Positions 48,188 to 57,081 of a stretch of 64,000 nucleotides of DNA are shown one piece after another. Every line of letters starts with the position of its first letter. The stretch's first letter is position 1. The notes under the pieces are model-generated. The model was not told the origin of the DNA. It saw only the letters and a program-made list of their open reading frames with translations, and ran no database searches. A program made the position numbers and the translations under genes. Source of the stretch: a virus; IMG/VR virus record IMGVR_UViG_3300005080_000005; one strand, given 5' to 3'.

Positions 48188-48400
48188 TTATTCTCCTTCT
48201 ATTGTTTTGGTTTTACTATTAATGAAGTTCAAGATTTTATTCTTAACTTTTACCTTATTGCTTGCCTCAATATTACCACATTCTCTAGAATTCATCAACT
48301 CATTTTCTTCACTGACTTGAGAAATAATATTATTGTACATCATAAACTCTTCAAATGTCTGTGCTTTCTGAAGTAGATTATAAATTATTCCTAGATCCAT
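48188..48400 (-). CDS. hypothetical protein
   Basis: ORF. Confidence 0.4.
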   Translation of the reverse strand: MDLGIIYNLLQKAQTFEEFMMYNNIISQVSEENELMNSRECGNIEASNKVKVKNKILNFINSKTKTIEGE

Positions 48401-48414
48401 AAATTAATTCTCCT

Positions 48415-49194
48415 TTAACTTAGCCAACAACTTGCAAAGTCTGGCTCACTGAAGGTTGCAGTGGGTTTGACATACTTCGGTGCTTTAAATTCTTTGATTG
48501 AACCATTTTTCTGTTTCTCACCTTTAGCCCAGAAGATAATCCGATCTTCCCCAACAGACTCATCATAACGAAGTTCATGGTAAACGTCAACATAACGCCC
48601 TTGTTTTTCGATCTCAACAATCTGATGTTCAATCAATTCACGAAGTTTAACTTTTTCGTTACACTTAACACTTACATTTGACCACCAATTGCTCTCCCCA
48701 AACTCTGTTACAGTTGGGAACTTAGACCAATTCGATTCAAGAACCTCGTTGACAGCTTTCAGATGGTTAATATCAAGTTGGTAGAAAACACTTTCCATTA
48801 CTTCCAATACTGAATCATAATTATTCTTTGAAAGGTAGCCGTTGTATGCCCATTCGATCTCATAGTGAATTGGGTCTGGATTATCACTGATCCAAATCAG
48901 ATTCTCTGGATTATCACCTTCACGTAGGAAGAATTCATAACCAACAATCACCAACCCATCAACAATAGCATCAAGGAACTCTACTTTATCCCCATTTTCA
49001 ATAGCGGTAAACAATTCACCAACTTCCTCAATACGAAGCTTATAATAAGTATCTTGAAGTTCAGGACTATTTTCTAGTCCAAGGAAGTTATTTGTAGCAC
49101 GGACACCTTGATAGAGTTTTATTAGTGCTTTCTTAACTTCATTATCTTTCTTGACAAGGCTATTCAGAAATTCTGTTTTATTTTGAAAGTTCAT
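48415..49194 (-). CDS. MazG-like nucleoside triphosphate pyrophosphohydrolase (dUTPase/dCTPase-type, all-alpha)
   Basis: EEVGELFTAIENGDKVEFLDAIVDGL resembles MazG EExGEL..A......ExxDxL metal-binding helix. Confidence 0.45.
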   Translation of the reverse strand: MNFQNKTEFLNSLVKKDNEVKKALIKLYQGVRATNNFLGLENSPELQDTYYKLRIEEVGELFTAIENGDKVEFLDAIVDGLVIVGYEFFLREGDNPENLIWISDNPDPIHYEIEWAYNGYLSKNNYDSVLEVMESVFYQLDINHLKAVNEVLESNWSKFPTVTEFGESNWWSNVSVKCNEKVKLRELIEHQIVEIEKQGRYVDVYHELRYDESVGEDRIIFWAKGEKQKNGSIKEFKAPKYVKPTATFSEPDFASCWLS

Positions 49195-49205
49195 TTGTTC
49201 TCCTT

Positions 49206-50300
49206 TTAATCTTGTGGATTCCAGTTTTCATCAAGTTCACGAACAGCAATACCAACAGGAAATTGCGGTACACCATCAACTGTCAACGTTTGATAGGTAA
49301 ATGTAACATGTTTTCCAATAAGTTTCAACTGCTCTTCGTAAAGACGTTCTTCATGCGAACCTTTCATTTTGCAACGGAATTCTGTACCATTCTTCATTCG
49401 ACACAAAAGTACACCTTCTTCATTTTTATCAATTTCTACATCATAAACAAATGCTTCATCACTCTCGAATACTTTCCATTTCAGAAGATCATTACTTCGT
49501 TGTCCAAACTCGTATTTCCCAACAAGATTTCTGATAATCAACCCTTCGTAGCCTTGTTCCATGTACTTATTAATGGATACCTTGGCTTGTTGTTCATCAT
49601 AGCAAACTTCTGTAAGTACTGTATGAATACTAAGTGTAGGATAACCAGCTAACTTTGTCAAATCTTTTACTCGTTCTTCCCAAACTTTATCCGAAGGGAT
49701 ATCATAGATTCTATATTCAAGTTTAGCACTATCTGGTTGTACTTTCTTGACAAGACTTACAATTTTCTGCAAAGGCATTCCATGAACATACAACTCACCA
49801 TCAAAACTATCAAATCCAGTCTTATCTCTCAGATACTTTAGTTGTTCTGCAAGGTGTTTGTGAGAAGGATAAACTTTAGCTCCACGACTATTAAAAATAG
49901 GTTCGCCATCTTCATCAAAAGTAACTAGCATTCTATTCCCGTCTAGCTTGGGTTGAATGTGACAAGGGTACTTAACAAAGTGTGGCTTTTTGCTTGCGTC
50001 AGCCGCCAACATAACAGATTTTTTATTTGCATTAAATTCAACATCTTCTACACGTTCAACATAACCTTTACGAATCTGGTCACGATACTTAGACTCAGCT
50101 TCAAGCACGGCTTGTTGTTCTGGTGTCGTTTCATTAGACCTACCTACATTCTTAGACTCGCATACAGTTTTCTTAGTCTGTAGTTTTCCACCCCACTTTC
50201 CATACTTTACAGCAACAATATTACCATCAACATATACAGACCATTCTTGGATTGATTTATCTTTGTTAGGTGCATAGATTGTGTTATAAATTTGTTTCAT
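49206..50300 (-). CDS. lig: ATP-dependent DNA ligase
   Basis: Adenylation motif I KLDGNR; 364 aa T7/T4-type ligase size. Confidence 0.75.
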   Translation of the reverse strand: MKQIYNTIYAPNKDKSIQEWSVYVDGNIVAVKYGKWGGKLQTKKTVCESKNVGRSNETTPEQQAVLEAESKYRDQIRKGYVERVEDVEFNANKKSVMLAADASKKPHFVKYPCHIQPKLDGNRMLVTFDEDGEPIFNSRGAKVYPSHKHLAEQLKYLRDKTGFDSFDGELYVHGMPLQKIVSLVKKVQPDSAKLEYRIYDIPSDKVWEERVKDLTKLAGYPTLSIHTVLTEVCYDEQQAKVSINKYMEQGYEGLIIRNLVGKYEFGQRSNDLLKWKVFESDEAFVYDVEIDKNEEGVLLCRMKNGTEFRCKMKGSHEERLYEEQLKLIGKHVTFTYQTLTVDGVPQFPVGIAVRELDENWNPQD

Positions 50301-50524
50301 TCTTTCTCCTTATCTTCTTTAACATGTACAACTATTTTAGTTTTGATTGCTTTAATAATAGTAATGATTGGATACCAGACAGGCCATGTCAATACTGACC
50401 ACTTAATAACAAAGAATGCAAAATAAAACATAGCTGGGATAAATAGCGGTGCGTAGAGCCACCACTGACTAAACACCCAGATATCAAATAAATATAGTTG
50501 TTCCAAAACATTTATAATTTCCAT
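50297..50524 (-). CDS. small membrane protein
   Basis: Two hydrophobic helices. Confidence 0.45.
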   Translation of the reverse strand: MEIINVLEQLYLFDIWVFSQWWLYAPLFIPAMFYFAFFVIKWSVLTWPVWYPIITIIKAIKTKIVVHVKEDKEKE

Positions 50525-50538
50525 AATTTCTCCTTAAA

Positions 50539-50769
50539 TCAATAAATACTAGGACAACGCTTACCTTTGCTAATCGAAGTAGATTTTGTCTCACCTCTAA
50601 CATTGCGGTACAAACAGGTCTTATATTTCCCTGAAACCGACTCAGAAACAAGTTTATATCGTGAGTATGCCTTGCTCTCAGTAGCGCTGACACTAGGCAC
50701 AAATGTAGCGATAACAATAATGATACCAATAAATACCAACATTGTCAACCATTTGATTTTGCTTTTCAT
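50539..50769 (-). CDS. small exported/membrane protein
   Basis: N-terminal signal/TM MKSKIKWLTMLVFIGIIIVIATFVPSVSA. Confidence 0.45.
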   Translation of the reverse strand: MKSKIKWLTMLVFIGIIIVIATFVPSVSATESKAYSRYKLVSESVSGKYKTCLYRNVRGETKSTSISKGKRCPSIY

Positions 50770-50809
50770 AATTACCTCTTAGATAAGTTTGATACTTTTA
50801 TAAAGGCGT

Positions 50810-51151
50810 TCAGCTTGTTTCTGTCGTGTTTCCTCTGGAACATTGTGAATCGACGATCACTGTGAAAACAGTATATCCGTATTTTTCAGCAAGGTCAAGG
50901 TAAGGTTTCATTTCCCACTCTGTTGTGAATGTATTAGAAACAACAATATCATAACCAAACTTCATTTGTCTTTCTGTCTCAGATTGACACCAACCATGAG
51001 CCTGTTTTAATTTAGAAGGTTCAAACAAATATTTACCGTCTCTCATGAAGTACATATCTGCTTCAAGATTGCAAAACCGTCCAAAACATTCTTGGACAAA
51101 TGTTGACTTTCCTGCACCGCTCACACCTCTGACCAGAATACACGTTTTCAT
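50810..51151 (-). CDS. polynucleotide 5'-kinase (P-loop; T4 Pnk kinase-domain-like), apparent 3' frameshift
   Basis: GVSGAGKST Walker A; C-terminus truncated. An alternative frame from ~50855 reads SIHNVPEETRQKQAERLYKSIKLI, ending at TAA 50779 next to the following gene start. Confidence 0.55.
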   Translation of the reverse strand: MKTCILVRGVSGAGKSTFVQECFGRFCNLEADMYFMRDGKYLFEPSKLKQAHGWCQSETERQMKFGYDIVVSNTFTTEWEMKPYLDLAEKYGYTVFTVIVDSQCSRGNTTETS

Positions 51152-52053
51152 TCCTGTTCTCCAAAATATTTTTCAATAAAAGCCCTACGTTGTTGATCAT
51201 TATAAGACTTCCATTGGTCTTTGTCAACAGTTTTTACAATAAAATCTGTAATCCCGTAAAATTCTTCATCAATTCGTTGTTTAAATTTCTCAGGATTATC
51301 AAACATATCATCAACTTTAGCTTGTCCAAGTCGCATAATTGCCTTCTTAGATAGGTAATGATTTGATTTCAATTTACACAGTGTTTTACCAGTTTCATGA
51401 TCAATAATCATAAAACCTTCATGTTTGCAAGATTTAGATTCTTCTAAAATATCTGAGAATTTTCCTACTGTCAATCTTGGGCGATAAAACCCATCAGCAT
51501 CTGCAATAACATTTAGTGTGTACTCTGACATCATTTTACCAGAGCTGTGTTTTCTTACTCCGATTAGATACGCCCCGAACTCTTCTTCTATAATGTGCGG
51601 ATCATCTGGATGACAGATCTCAAACAAATACGTCCTTCCTTCTTCAAATTGCTCATCTTTAAACATTTGGTTTTCAATAACTTCTTTTGCCATTTTAGCA
51701 AATTTAGAATCCAATGAGCCAGTTGTTGAATAAATTGGCTCTCCTTTATAAACAGAAACAGCACACATAAAACCATTAATTTTACGTGGTGCAATTACAA
51801 TCTTATCTCGTGAGACTTTTGTATTATTTTCATAAAGATTAAAAACTTTTGTAAAAGGCCAAACAATAATGTTATCTTCAGAATCAACTACCATACCACG
51901 ACAATCCAACAGTCGTTTGTCTCTATTCCATAGATTGTTATAAAAGACTTTCTTAGAATATTTAAGAATAGAAAGTCCTGCAAACTCTCCTGAAGTATAG
52001 GTCTTTTTCTTTACAAGACCTTGTTCTACCAAATCTTCGACATTAAATTTCAT
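51148..52053 (-). CDS. RNA ligase (Rnl-family ATP-dependent polynucleotide ligase)
   Basis: Motif I KINGFM (KxNG), motif IV EGFMII, motif V CKLK; ATGA overlap with kinase gene. Confidence 0.6.
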   Translation of the reverse strand: MKFNVEDLVEQGLVKKKTYTSGEFAGLSILKYSKKVFYNNLWNRDKRLLDCRGMVVDSEDNIIVWPFTKVFNLYENNTKVSRDKIVIAPRKINGFMCAVSVYKGEPIYSTTGSLDSKFAKMAKEVIENQMFKDEQFEEGRTYLFEICHPDDPHIIEEEFGAYLIGVRKHSSGKMMSEYTLNVIADADGFYRPRLTVGKFSDILEESKSCKHEGFMIIDHETGKTLCKLKSNHYLSKKAIMRLGQAKVDDMFDNPEKFKQRIDEEFYGITDFIVKTVDKDQWKSYNDQQRRAFIEKYFGEQE

Positions 52054-52055
52054 AG

Positions 52056-52643
52056 TTATAACCTCTTTGTTTCTTGATTGTTCAATTTTTCTATTTTGAG
52101 TTTTTCATACACCCTATTTAACCCTCTGACCACATCAGGATCCTTTTCGTTTTTGATATATTCGTTTAATAATTTCATTTTCTCATTTCTCCATGCACAG
52201 TGTGCTTCGTACATGGTTCTAAAACTACCAAGATATACATTATTACTATTAACCGATACTGTTGCTACAAAATTATTACCATCATTTTGCCTTGTTACGC
52301 CCAATGGGCATTCTCCCCGATAATTATGCTTTGTTGTAATAAACTTATTAAGTGCACTGCTTATAAAAACGCAAGTATCTGGTCCATATATTAGATTATT
52401 TTCTATTAATAAATCTTTATCTAACTGTTTTCCTACCCAATCTTTAGTGTCCATCCACTTTTTAAAATTTGAAAAACTTAACCATTCTTCGCACACCGTG
52501 TGATTTTCATAGTTTTTACTTTTGTGATAGTTTGTATTATAGCATCTGGAGATCATACTTCTCCATACTAAATATTCAGGTATATGTTTTCCTTTTATTT
52601 TAACAGGATATTCGTAATCATTTATCCCTACTCCGTAAATCAT
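52056..52643 (-). CDS. homing endonuclease, NUMOD4/HNH-type, paralog 3
   Basis: YGVGINDYEY...WRSMISRCY...VCEEWLSFSNFKKW...LDKDLL; inserted between RNA ligase and phosphatase genes. Confidence 0.6.
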   Translation of the reverse strand: MIYGVGINDYEYPVKIKGKHIPEYLVWRSMISRCYNTNYHKSKNYENHTVCEEWLSFSNFKKWMDTKDWVGKQLDKDLLIENNLIYGPDTCVFISSALNKFITTKHNYRGECPLGVTRQNDGNNFVATVSVNSNNVYLGSFRTMYEAHCAWRNEKMKLLNEYIKNEKDPDVVRGLNRVYEKLKIEKLNNQETKRL

Positions 52644-52652
52644 AATCCCTCT

Positions 52653-53210
52653 TTATTTGTGTCTATCGATAATATCTTTTCTGTTTGCTATATCAATAAG
52701 TTCAGGCAATGATAATATCTTTCCGTTGTTGTCCCAACCAACATCCCAACCTCTGCCTTCAACTTGATAACTCCCATGAACATGGCCGTGGGCATGGATC
52801 GCTCCGTAATTTTGTCTATTCCATCTAACTATAGGATAGTGACTCATACATATTTTTATATTATCAAAACTTACTTCGAAATAATGGTGATACTCTATAT
52901 TCATCTGATTAAAAACACGATAGTCATGATTTCCTGCAATCCAAACAACATCACCATTGAGTTTAGAAAGAATCTCTTGTGTCTTTTCTTTTGCAACGAA
53001 ACTAAAGTCCCCAAGATGGAAGACAATATCGTCCTGAGATACTTTACTATTCCAGTGTGAAATCAAAGATTCATGCATCTCTTCTAGTGATTTCCATGGA
53101 CGAGTTTCAGAACAAAAATCCATGATACGTTTGTGATAGAAATGTAAATCTGATGTTACGAAATATTTCCTATTGTCTGTGCTTTTTAGTTTTTGTCCAA
53201 ATTTAATCAC
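52653..53210 (-). CDS. calcineurin-like metallophosphoesterase
   Basis: DLHFYH, HLGDFSF, GNHDY, HAHGHVHG metal-ligand motifs. Confidence 0.6.
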   Translation of the reverse strand: MIKFGQKLKSTDNRKYFVTSDLHFYHKRIMDFCSETRPWKSLEEMHESLISHWNSKVSQDDIVFHLGDFSFVAKEKTQEILSKLNGDVVWIAGNHDYRVFNQMNIEYHHYFEVSFDNIKICMSHYPIVRWNRQNYGAIHAHGHVHGSYQVEGRGWDVGWDNNGKILSLPELIDIANRKDIIDRHK

Positions 53211-53569
53211 GTTTTCTTACCTCCTTTCTTCTTTCCTTCATAAAGTCCTGTGACACGACTCTCAATAGCATTCAACAGCATAACCTTATCACCTTCGGAA
53301 AGTGCTGTCAAATAATCCTTTTTCAATTGGCAATACACTGAACACTCGTCCTGTGAAGGCCAGTCCACTTCCTTATCTTCACAGGAAGAATCAAATGCAT
53401 CTAGCCATGCTTTAATATCTTCAATTGGATAACTGAAAACAAAAGCTGTTGTGTCAAACTTAGGCTTAGGTTGTGCAGATTTTGATGTTGTACTTTTAGT
53501 TGCTGTCTTTTTCTGAGTTACTTTCTTTTCCACTAATTTTCTCCTTTTCTTGTTCTGACATAACTTCAA
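53207..53569 (-). CDS. lysine-rich hypothetical protein
   Basis: ORF; start uncertain (overlaps next ORF). Confidence 0.4.
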   Translation of the reverse strand: MKLCQNKKRRKLVEKKVTQKKTATKSTTSKSAQPKPKFDTTAFVFSYPIEDIKAWLDAFDSSCEDKEVDWPSQDECSVYCQLKKDYLTALSEGDKVMLLNAIESRVTGLYEGKKKGGKKT

Positions 53570-53774
53570 AAATTAATTTTAAAGGTAGTGCTTTTAGAAG
53601 TTGTTTCATGTGAGGCAATAATGCACCTTCTTCCTGCCCTACCCAACGATCTCCACCGAGAGACAAGATCCCTGCCTCAAATATTGAGGTATTTGCCAAA
53701 TTAGTAGCGGCACTATTAATTTCCAATAGTTGTTTTGCAGAAAACAGTTGTTTTGGTTTATCTTTAAAAGTCAT
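53496..53774 (-). CDS. hypothetical protein
   Basis: Internal ATG 53774 after AAAGAAGGAATTAAAT SD. Confidence 0.4.
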   Translation of the reverse strand: MTFKDKPKQLFSAKQLLEINSAATNLANTSIFEAGILSLGGDRWVGQEEGALLPHMKQLLKALPLKLIFEVMSEQEKEKISGKESNSEKDSN

Positions 53775-54021
53775 ATTTAATTCCTTCTTTATCAAGCTGT
53801 TCTTTAAGTTCTGAAACTGTCAAAGCATTTCCTTTGCAATGTTCAGGCAATTGTACAACAATAGATTCTCGTGAAGCTTCCCATGCGAACCAAGCTAGGT
53901 TTGTCCTGTGACACATGCACTGCTGATCTTCGGGTTTTGTCATAGCATAATTAGTCCTATATGTATCAAAATCGGTTGTTGATCGCAACCACTTTTCAAA
54001 ATCTTCTCGTGCTTTATCCAT
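53764..54021 (-). CDS. hypothetical protein
   Basis: Internal ATG 54021 after TTAAGGAGAAACAA SD (ORF track start 54132 would overlap upstream gene by 100 nt). Confidence 0.45.
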   Translation of the reverse strand: MDKAREDFEKWLRSTTDFDTYRTNYAMTKPEDQQCMCHRTNLAWFAWEASRESIVVQLPEHCKGNALTVSELKEQLDKEGIKYDF

Positions 54022-54031
54022 TTGTTTCTCC

Positions 54032-54310
54032 TTAATCTTTACTCGGAATCCAAGTATAATCTTTCCCTTCACTGGAGTCAAACAGTTTGTCATCCAAAAC
54101 ATCAAAAGCTTGTTCAAGACCGATTCTTGCAAGCTCTACATATCTTAGCACAACAGCCAGTTCTTCACAAGGGTGTTGTCTATGAAAGTCATAAATATAA
54201 CGATATACATCTTGCAACTCGCTTGCCTGTGATAGCAGCATATCCCGAGTAAAAATCATGTCCTCATTAACGCTGAACTCTTCGAAATTTTCATCAAAAT
54301 TATCTGACAT
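54032..54310 (-). CDS. acidic hypothetical protein (first gene of minus-strand block)
   Basis: ORF after AAAGGAGAATCTT SD. Confidence 0.45.
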   Translation of the reverse strand: MSDNFDENFEEFSVNEDMIFTRDMLLSQASELQDVYRYIYDFHRQHPCEELAVVLRYVELARIGLEQAFDVLDDKLFDSSEGKDYTWIPSKD

Positions 54311-54343
54311 AAGATTCTCCTTTAGTTTGTCTTAAGTTTTATT

Positions 54344-54372
54344 AGTGTATCACGTAAGAAAAGTATGTCAAC
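54344..54372 (-). promoter_or_regulatory. sigma70-like promoter for minus-strand block
   Basis: On the minus strand TTGACA - 17 nt - TACACT, ~35 nt upstream of ATG 54310. Confidence 0.45.
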
Positions 54373-54415
54373 AGTTAACATACGAAAAATCTTTCAAAAG
54401 TTTTTCATTGTTCTC

Positions 54416-54444
54416 TTGACACCACGAGAGTTGTGTATTACTAT
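54416..54444 (+). promoter_or_regulatory. sigma70-like promoter for right plus-strand block
   Basis: TTGACA - 17 nt - TACTAT, 33 nt upstream of GAAGGAGACATAAGTGAATG. Confidence 0.55.
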
Positions 54445-54476
54445 ACTCACATCTAGTTAGAAAGAAGGAGACATAA

Positions 54477-54932
54477 GTGAATGTAATAATCTATAAGGTA
54501 TCACTCAAGGGTGTCTGGGATAATAAAATTAACGATAGCTTTCGCAACCTGTTGAAACTTAACGGATTTATTCTCAAATCAGATGAGGATAACTTTGGAT
54601 ATGAATGGAATGATTACGGAGGATATCCAGAAGGCCATGACTTTAGTAGTTGGTATAAAGATGACCAATACAAACAGTTTACGTATGCTGATTATCCAGC
54701 TTGGATTCCAGAAAACAAGAAAGAGACGCAACTACTAATTCTTCCCGAGGATTTTGCGAGTCTAATGTTCATGTTGGAGTTACAGGAAGATAAAATCAAG
54801 TTTGACTCTATTTCCAAGAGTACTATTATTGTTGATCATCCAATTGAAAAGATGATGAAAGACTTATCACAGATGTTGACTAATGGAATCAACAATGGTA
54901 TTTTAAAACAACTAACGAACCAAGATAAATAA
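54477..54932 (+). CDS. hypothetical protein
   Basis: ORF 151 aa. Confidence 0.5.
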   Translation: MNVIIYKVSLKGVWDNKINDSFRNLLKLNGFILKSDEDNFGYEWNDYGGYPEGHDFSSWYKDDQYKQFTYADYPAWIPENKKETQLLILPEDFASLMFMLELQEDKIKFDSISKSTIIVDHPIEKMMKDLSQMLTNGINNGILKQLTNQDK

Positions 54933-54944
54933 GGAGAAACAACA

Positions 54945-55100
54945 GTGTATCAATATCTTAAATCTAAGTTTAAATGGAATCCAGTAACAATTCGAATTGT
55001 ATGGGTCATGTTGCTTGCATTTTCATTTGTGTTCTGGTATTATTCTTTCAAACTGTTTGATTTCATTATTAAATCTGTAGCAGCTTTTATTTTTATTTAA
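54945..55100 (+). CDS. small membrane protein (GTG start, 51 aa)
   Basis: GTG 8 nt after TAAGGAGAAAC; hydrophobic IVWVMLLAFSFVFWYY. Confidence 0.35.
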   Translation: MYQYLKSKFKWNPVTIRIVWVMLLAFSFVFWYYSFKLFDFIIKSVAAFIFI

Positions 55101-55115
55101 CAAAGGAGGATAAGA

Positions 55116-55361
55116 ATGTCTAAAATTATACTATCCCGCATCAACGATTACACCCATACTGAGGTATTTGATACTTCTGTGGCGTGGGGTAGGATCTTTA
55201 CTCTCATTTTTGACGATGTTGTCAATCTCTACGATGAAGATCTTACAAATCTTGTTTACGATATGCTCTCAGATCCAACAACCTCGGCAAAAGAAGATGT
55301 GATTGAATTGATGAAAGATGAGCATATTGGTTCTATGTTTATTTTGGAGTACAATAAGTAA
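55116..55361 (+). CDS. hypothetical protein
   Basis: ORF after AAAGGAGGATAAGA SD. Confidence 0.5.
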   Translation: MSKIILSRINDYTHTEVFDTSVAWGRIFTLIFDDVVNLYDEDLTNLVYDMLSDPTTSAKEDVIELMKDEHIGSMFILEYNK

Positions 55362-55543
55362 TGAAAACAAGTAGGAACCTTGAGCAGCTACTTGAACACT
55401 CACTCTCTTGTTTCTGTTACAAGGCTGATAAGATTGTTGTTCATGATCTAAATATCAAACAAGATAAAGCTATATTGTCTCTTGAAGTGTGGTATAAAGA
55501 TAAAGGACAACAGAAGATTAAATTTAAAAATCTTATTCTGTAA
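55361..55543 (+). CDS. hypothetical protein
   Basis: ORF, TAATG overlap. Confidence 0.45.
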   Translation: MKTSRNLEQLLEHSLSCFCYKADKIVVHDLNIKQDKAILSLEVWYKDKGQQKIKFKNLIL

Positions 55544-55614
55544 AAACATAGTTTGTTAACACATTGAAAATTTTATAAAAATATGTTAATATAAGTTTGT
55601 CAAGTAACTATTAA

Positions 55615-55650
55615 CCCTATTTTGCTCTTGTGGCAGAATGGGGTTTTATC
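55615..55650 (+). terminator. rho-independent terminator
   Basis: CCCTATTTTGC tcttgtg GCAGAATGGGG (11 bp incl. 2 G-U) + TTTTATC. Confidence 0.65.
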
Positions 55651-55951
55651 AGTTAGTGCGTAAAACCATGCTCTTTAGGGCATGGATGCAAGCATTAATA
55701 GTCTAACCAATCAAAAGGATCTGTTGGGAACTCATATGGATCAGGTTGGATTATAGAGCCAAATAAGGAAATACTGTTAGAAATAGAATCATTAGAGGCA
55801 GCGCAAAACATAAGTGCTAGATTAGAATTGTATAACGGATTGTTAGATTTACCATTATAATAAAATACTTGTACAATAAAGTTCTTGAATAATTAAAAAT
55901 TTTATGATAAAGTTAAATCATATACTAATTTATTAACAAGAACTATTAATT

Positions 55952-56296
55952 ATGGAACAACAAAACAACAAACCGTCTGGTAAGGAAAACCTCAGCAAGG
56001 AAGCTGTTCTTTTATCTCACGAAGAAGTAGAATATTTCAAGGCTGTCCCAACAAACCTTCATGTCGTATACTCCAAGATATGTAACAGTGTTTTGATTGA
56101 AAAAACGGATACTGTTTTCACAAATGAAGATGAAGCAACCACTTTTTCTGAAACATTAGCAACAACTGTTAGTGGTCTTCCCTTGAGTTTCTGGGAATAT
56201 TCGTTCAATGATATCGCTGTCAAGTATGCTATTAATGATTTAGAAAAAGTGGGATTGGTACATCGCATTACTATTTATCCTAAAAATAATTCTTGA
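55952..56296 (+). CDS. hypothetical protein
   Basis: ORF 114 aa. Confidence 0.5.
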   Translation: MEQQNNKPSGKENLSKEAVLLSHEEVEYFKAVPTNLHVVYSKICNSVLIEKTDTVFTNEDEATTFSETLATTVSGLPLSFWEYSFNDIAVKYAINDLEKVGLVHRITIYPKNNS

Positions 56297-56629
56297 CAAG
56301 TTTAATTTTAAATGTTAATATTATTTATAGATTATAAAATAAGTTTAGGCTCACAGAGCCGCAAGTGATGTACAATGATCATGAGTCCTCCTTCTCTAGT
56401 TGTACATCCACCCTATCCTCTCCTTGCTCTTTGTCCACGCAATGTGGTTTGATTTTATATTAGGTAGCATCAAAGATGCCGAGACATTAATGTCTCAATG
56501 TATTATGTAGCGCAGGCAACAGGGACTCCGTTGCGGTGGTTGCCAATATTTACGCAGCGACGAGTGAGACCTACATGATATACAATCTATTTCTATTTTC
56601 TCTCATAATCTCCTCTCTTTAATCATACT

Positions 56630-56665
56630 GGGCCACATCTTCGGGTGTTGGCCCTTTTCTTTTAT
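56630..56665 (+). terminator. rho-independent terminator with UUCG tetraloop
   Basis: GGGCCACATC ttcg GGTGTTGGCCC + TTTTCTTTTATC. Confidence 0.65.
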
Positions 56666-56677
56666 CTAAAATTTTTC

Positions 56678-56706
56678 TTGACACACATGACAATCTATCT
56701 TACAAT
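56678..56706 (+). promoter_or_regulatory. near-consensus sigma70 promoter
   Basis: TTGACA - 17 nt - TACAAT. Confidence 0.6.
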
Positions 56707-56853
56707 ACACAAAGGCTCATAGAATCGTTTCTAAGCAATTTTATAGCATTAGTGCTACGATGGTATTGACAAGCTAACAGAATTGATTTAAAGTGCCATA
56801 GGAGCTGTTTAAACAAGCTTAGATAGTTACACAACTAATAGAGGAGAAACGTA

Positions 56854-57081
56854 ATGGAAACTAAAGATATTTATGAATGTTATTCGCAAGGATTTGTATT
56901 CTCAGACAGAGAACTAAAAATGGCAATCAAGCACTACAAAAACCTCTCCAATATCCTGATGGCTAGTGGTAGAGAGTTCAAATTTGCAGCAGATGCTGCG
57001 TTTAGTGTTTACCAGAACCTCTATCAATACGGTATTGCACGAGAACTTTTTACATATGAAACAAAGGAGTATAAACTGTGA
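56854..57081 (+). CDS. hypothetical protein
   Basis: ORF after AGAGGAGAAACGTA SD. Confidence 0.5.
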   Translation: METKDIYECYSQGFVFSDRELKMAIKHYKNLSNILMASGREFKFAADAAFSVYQNLYQYGIARELFTYETKEYKL

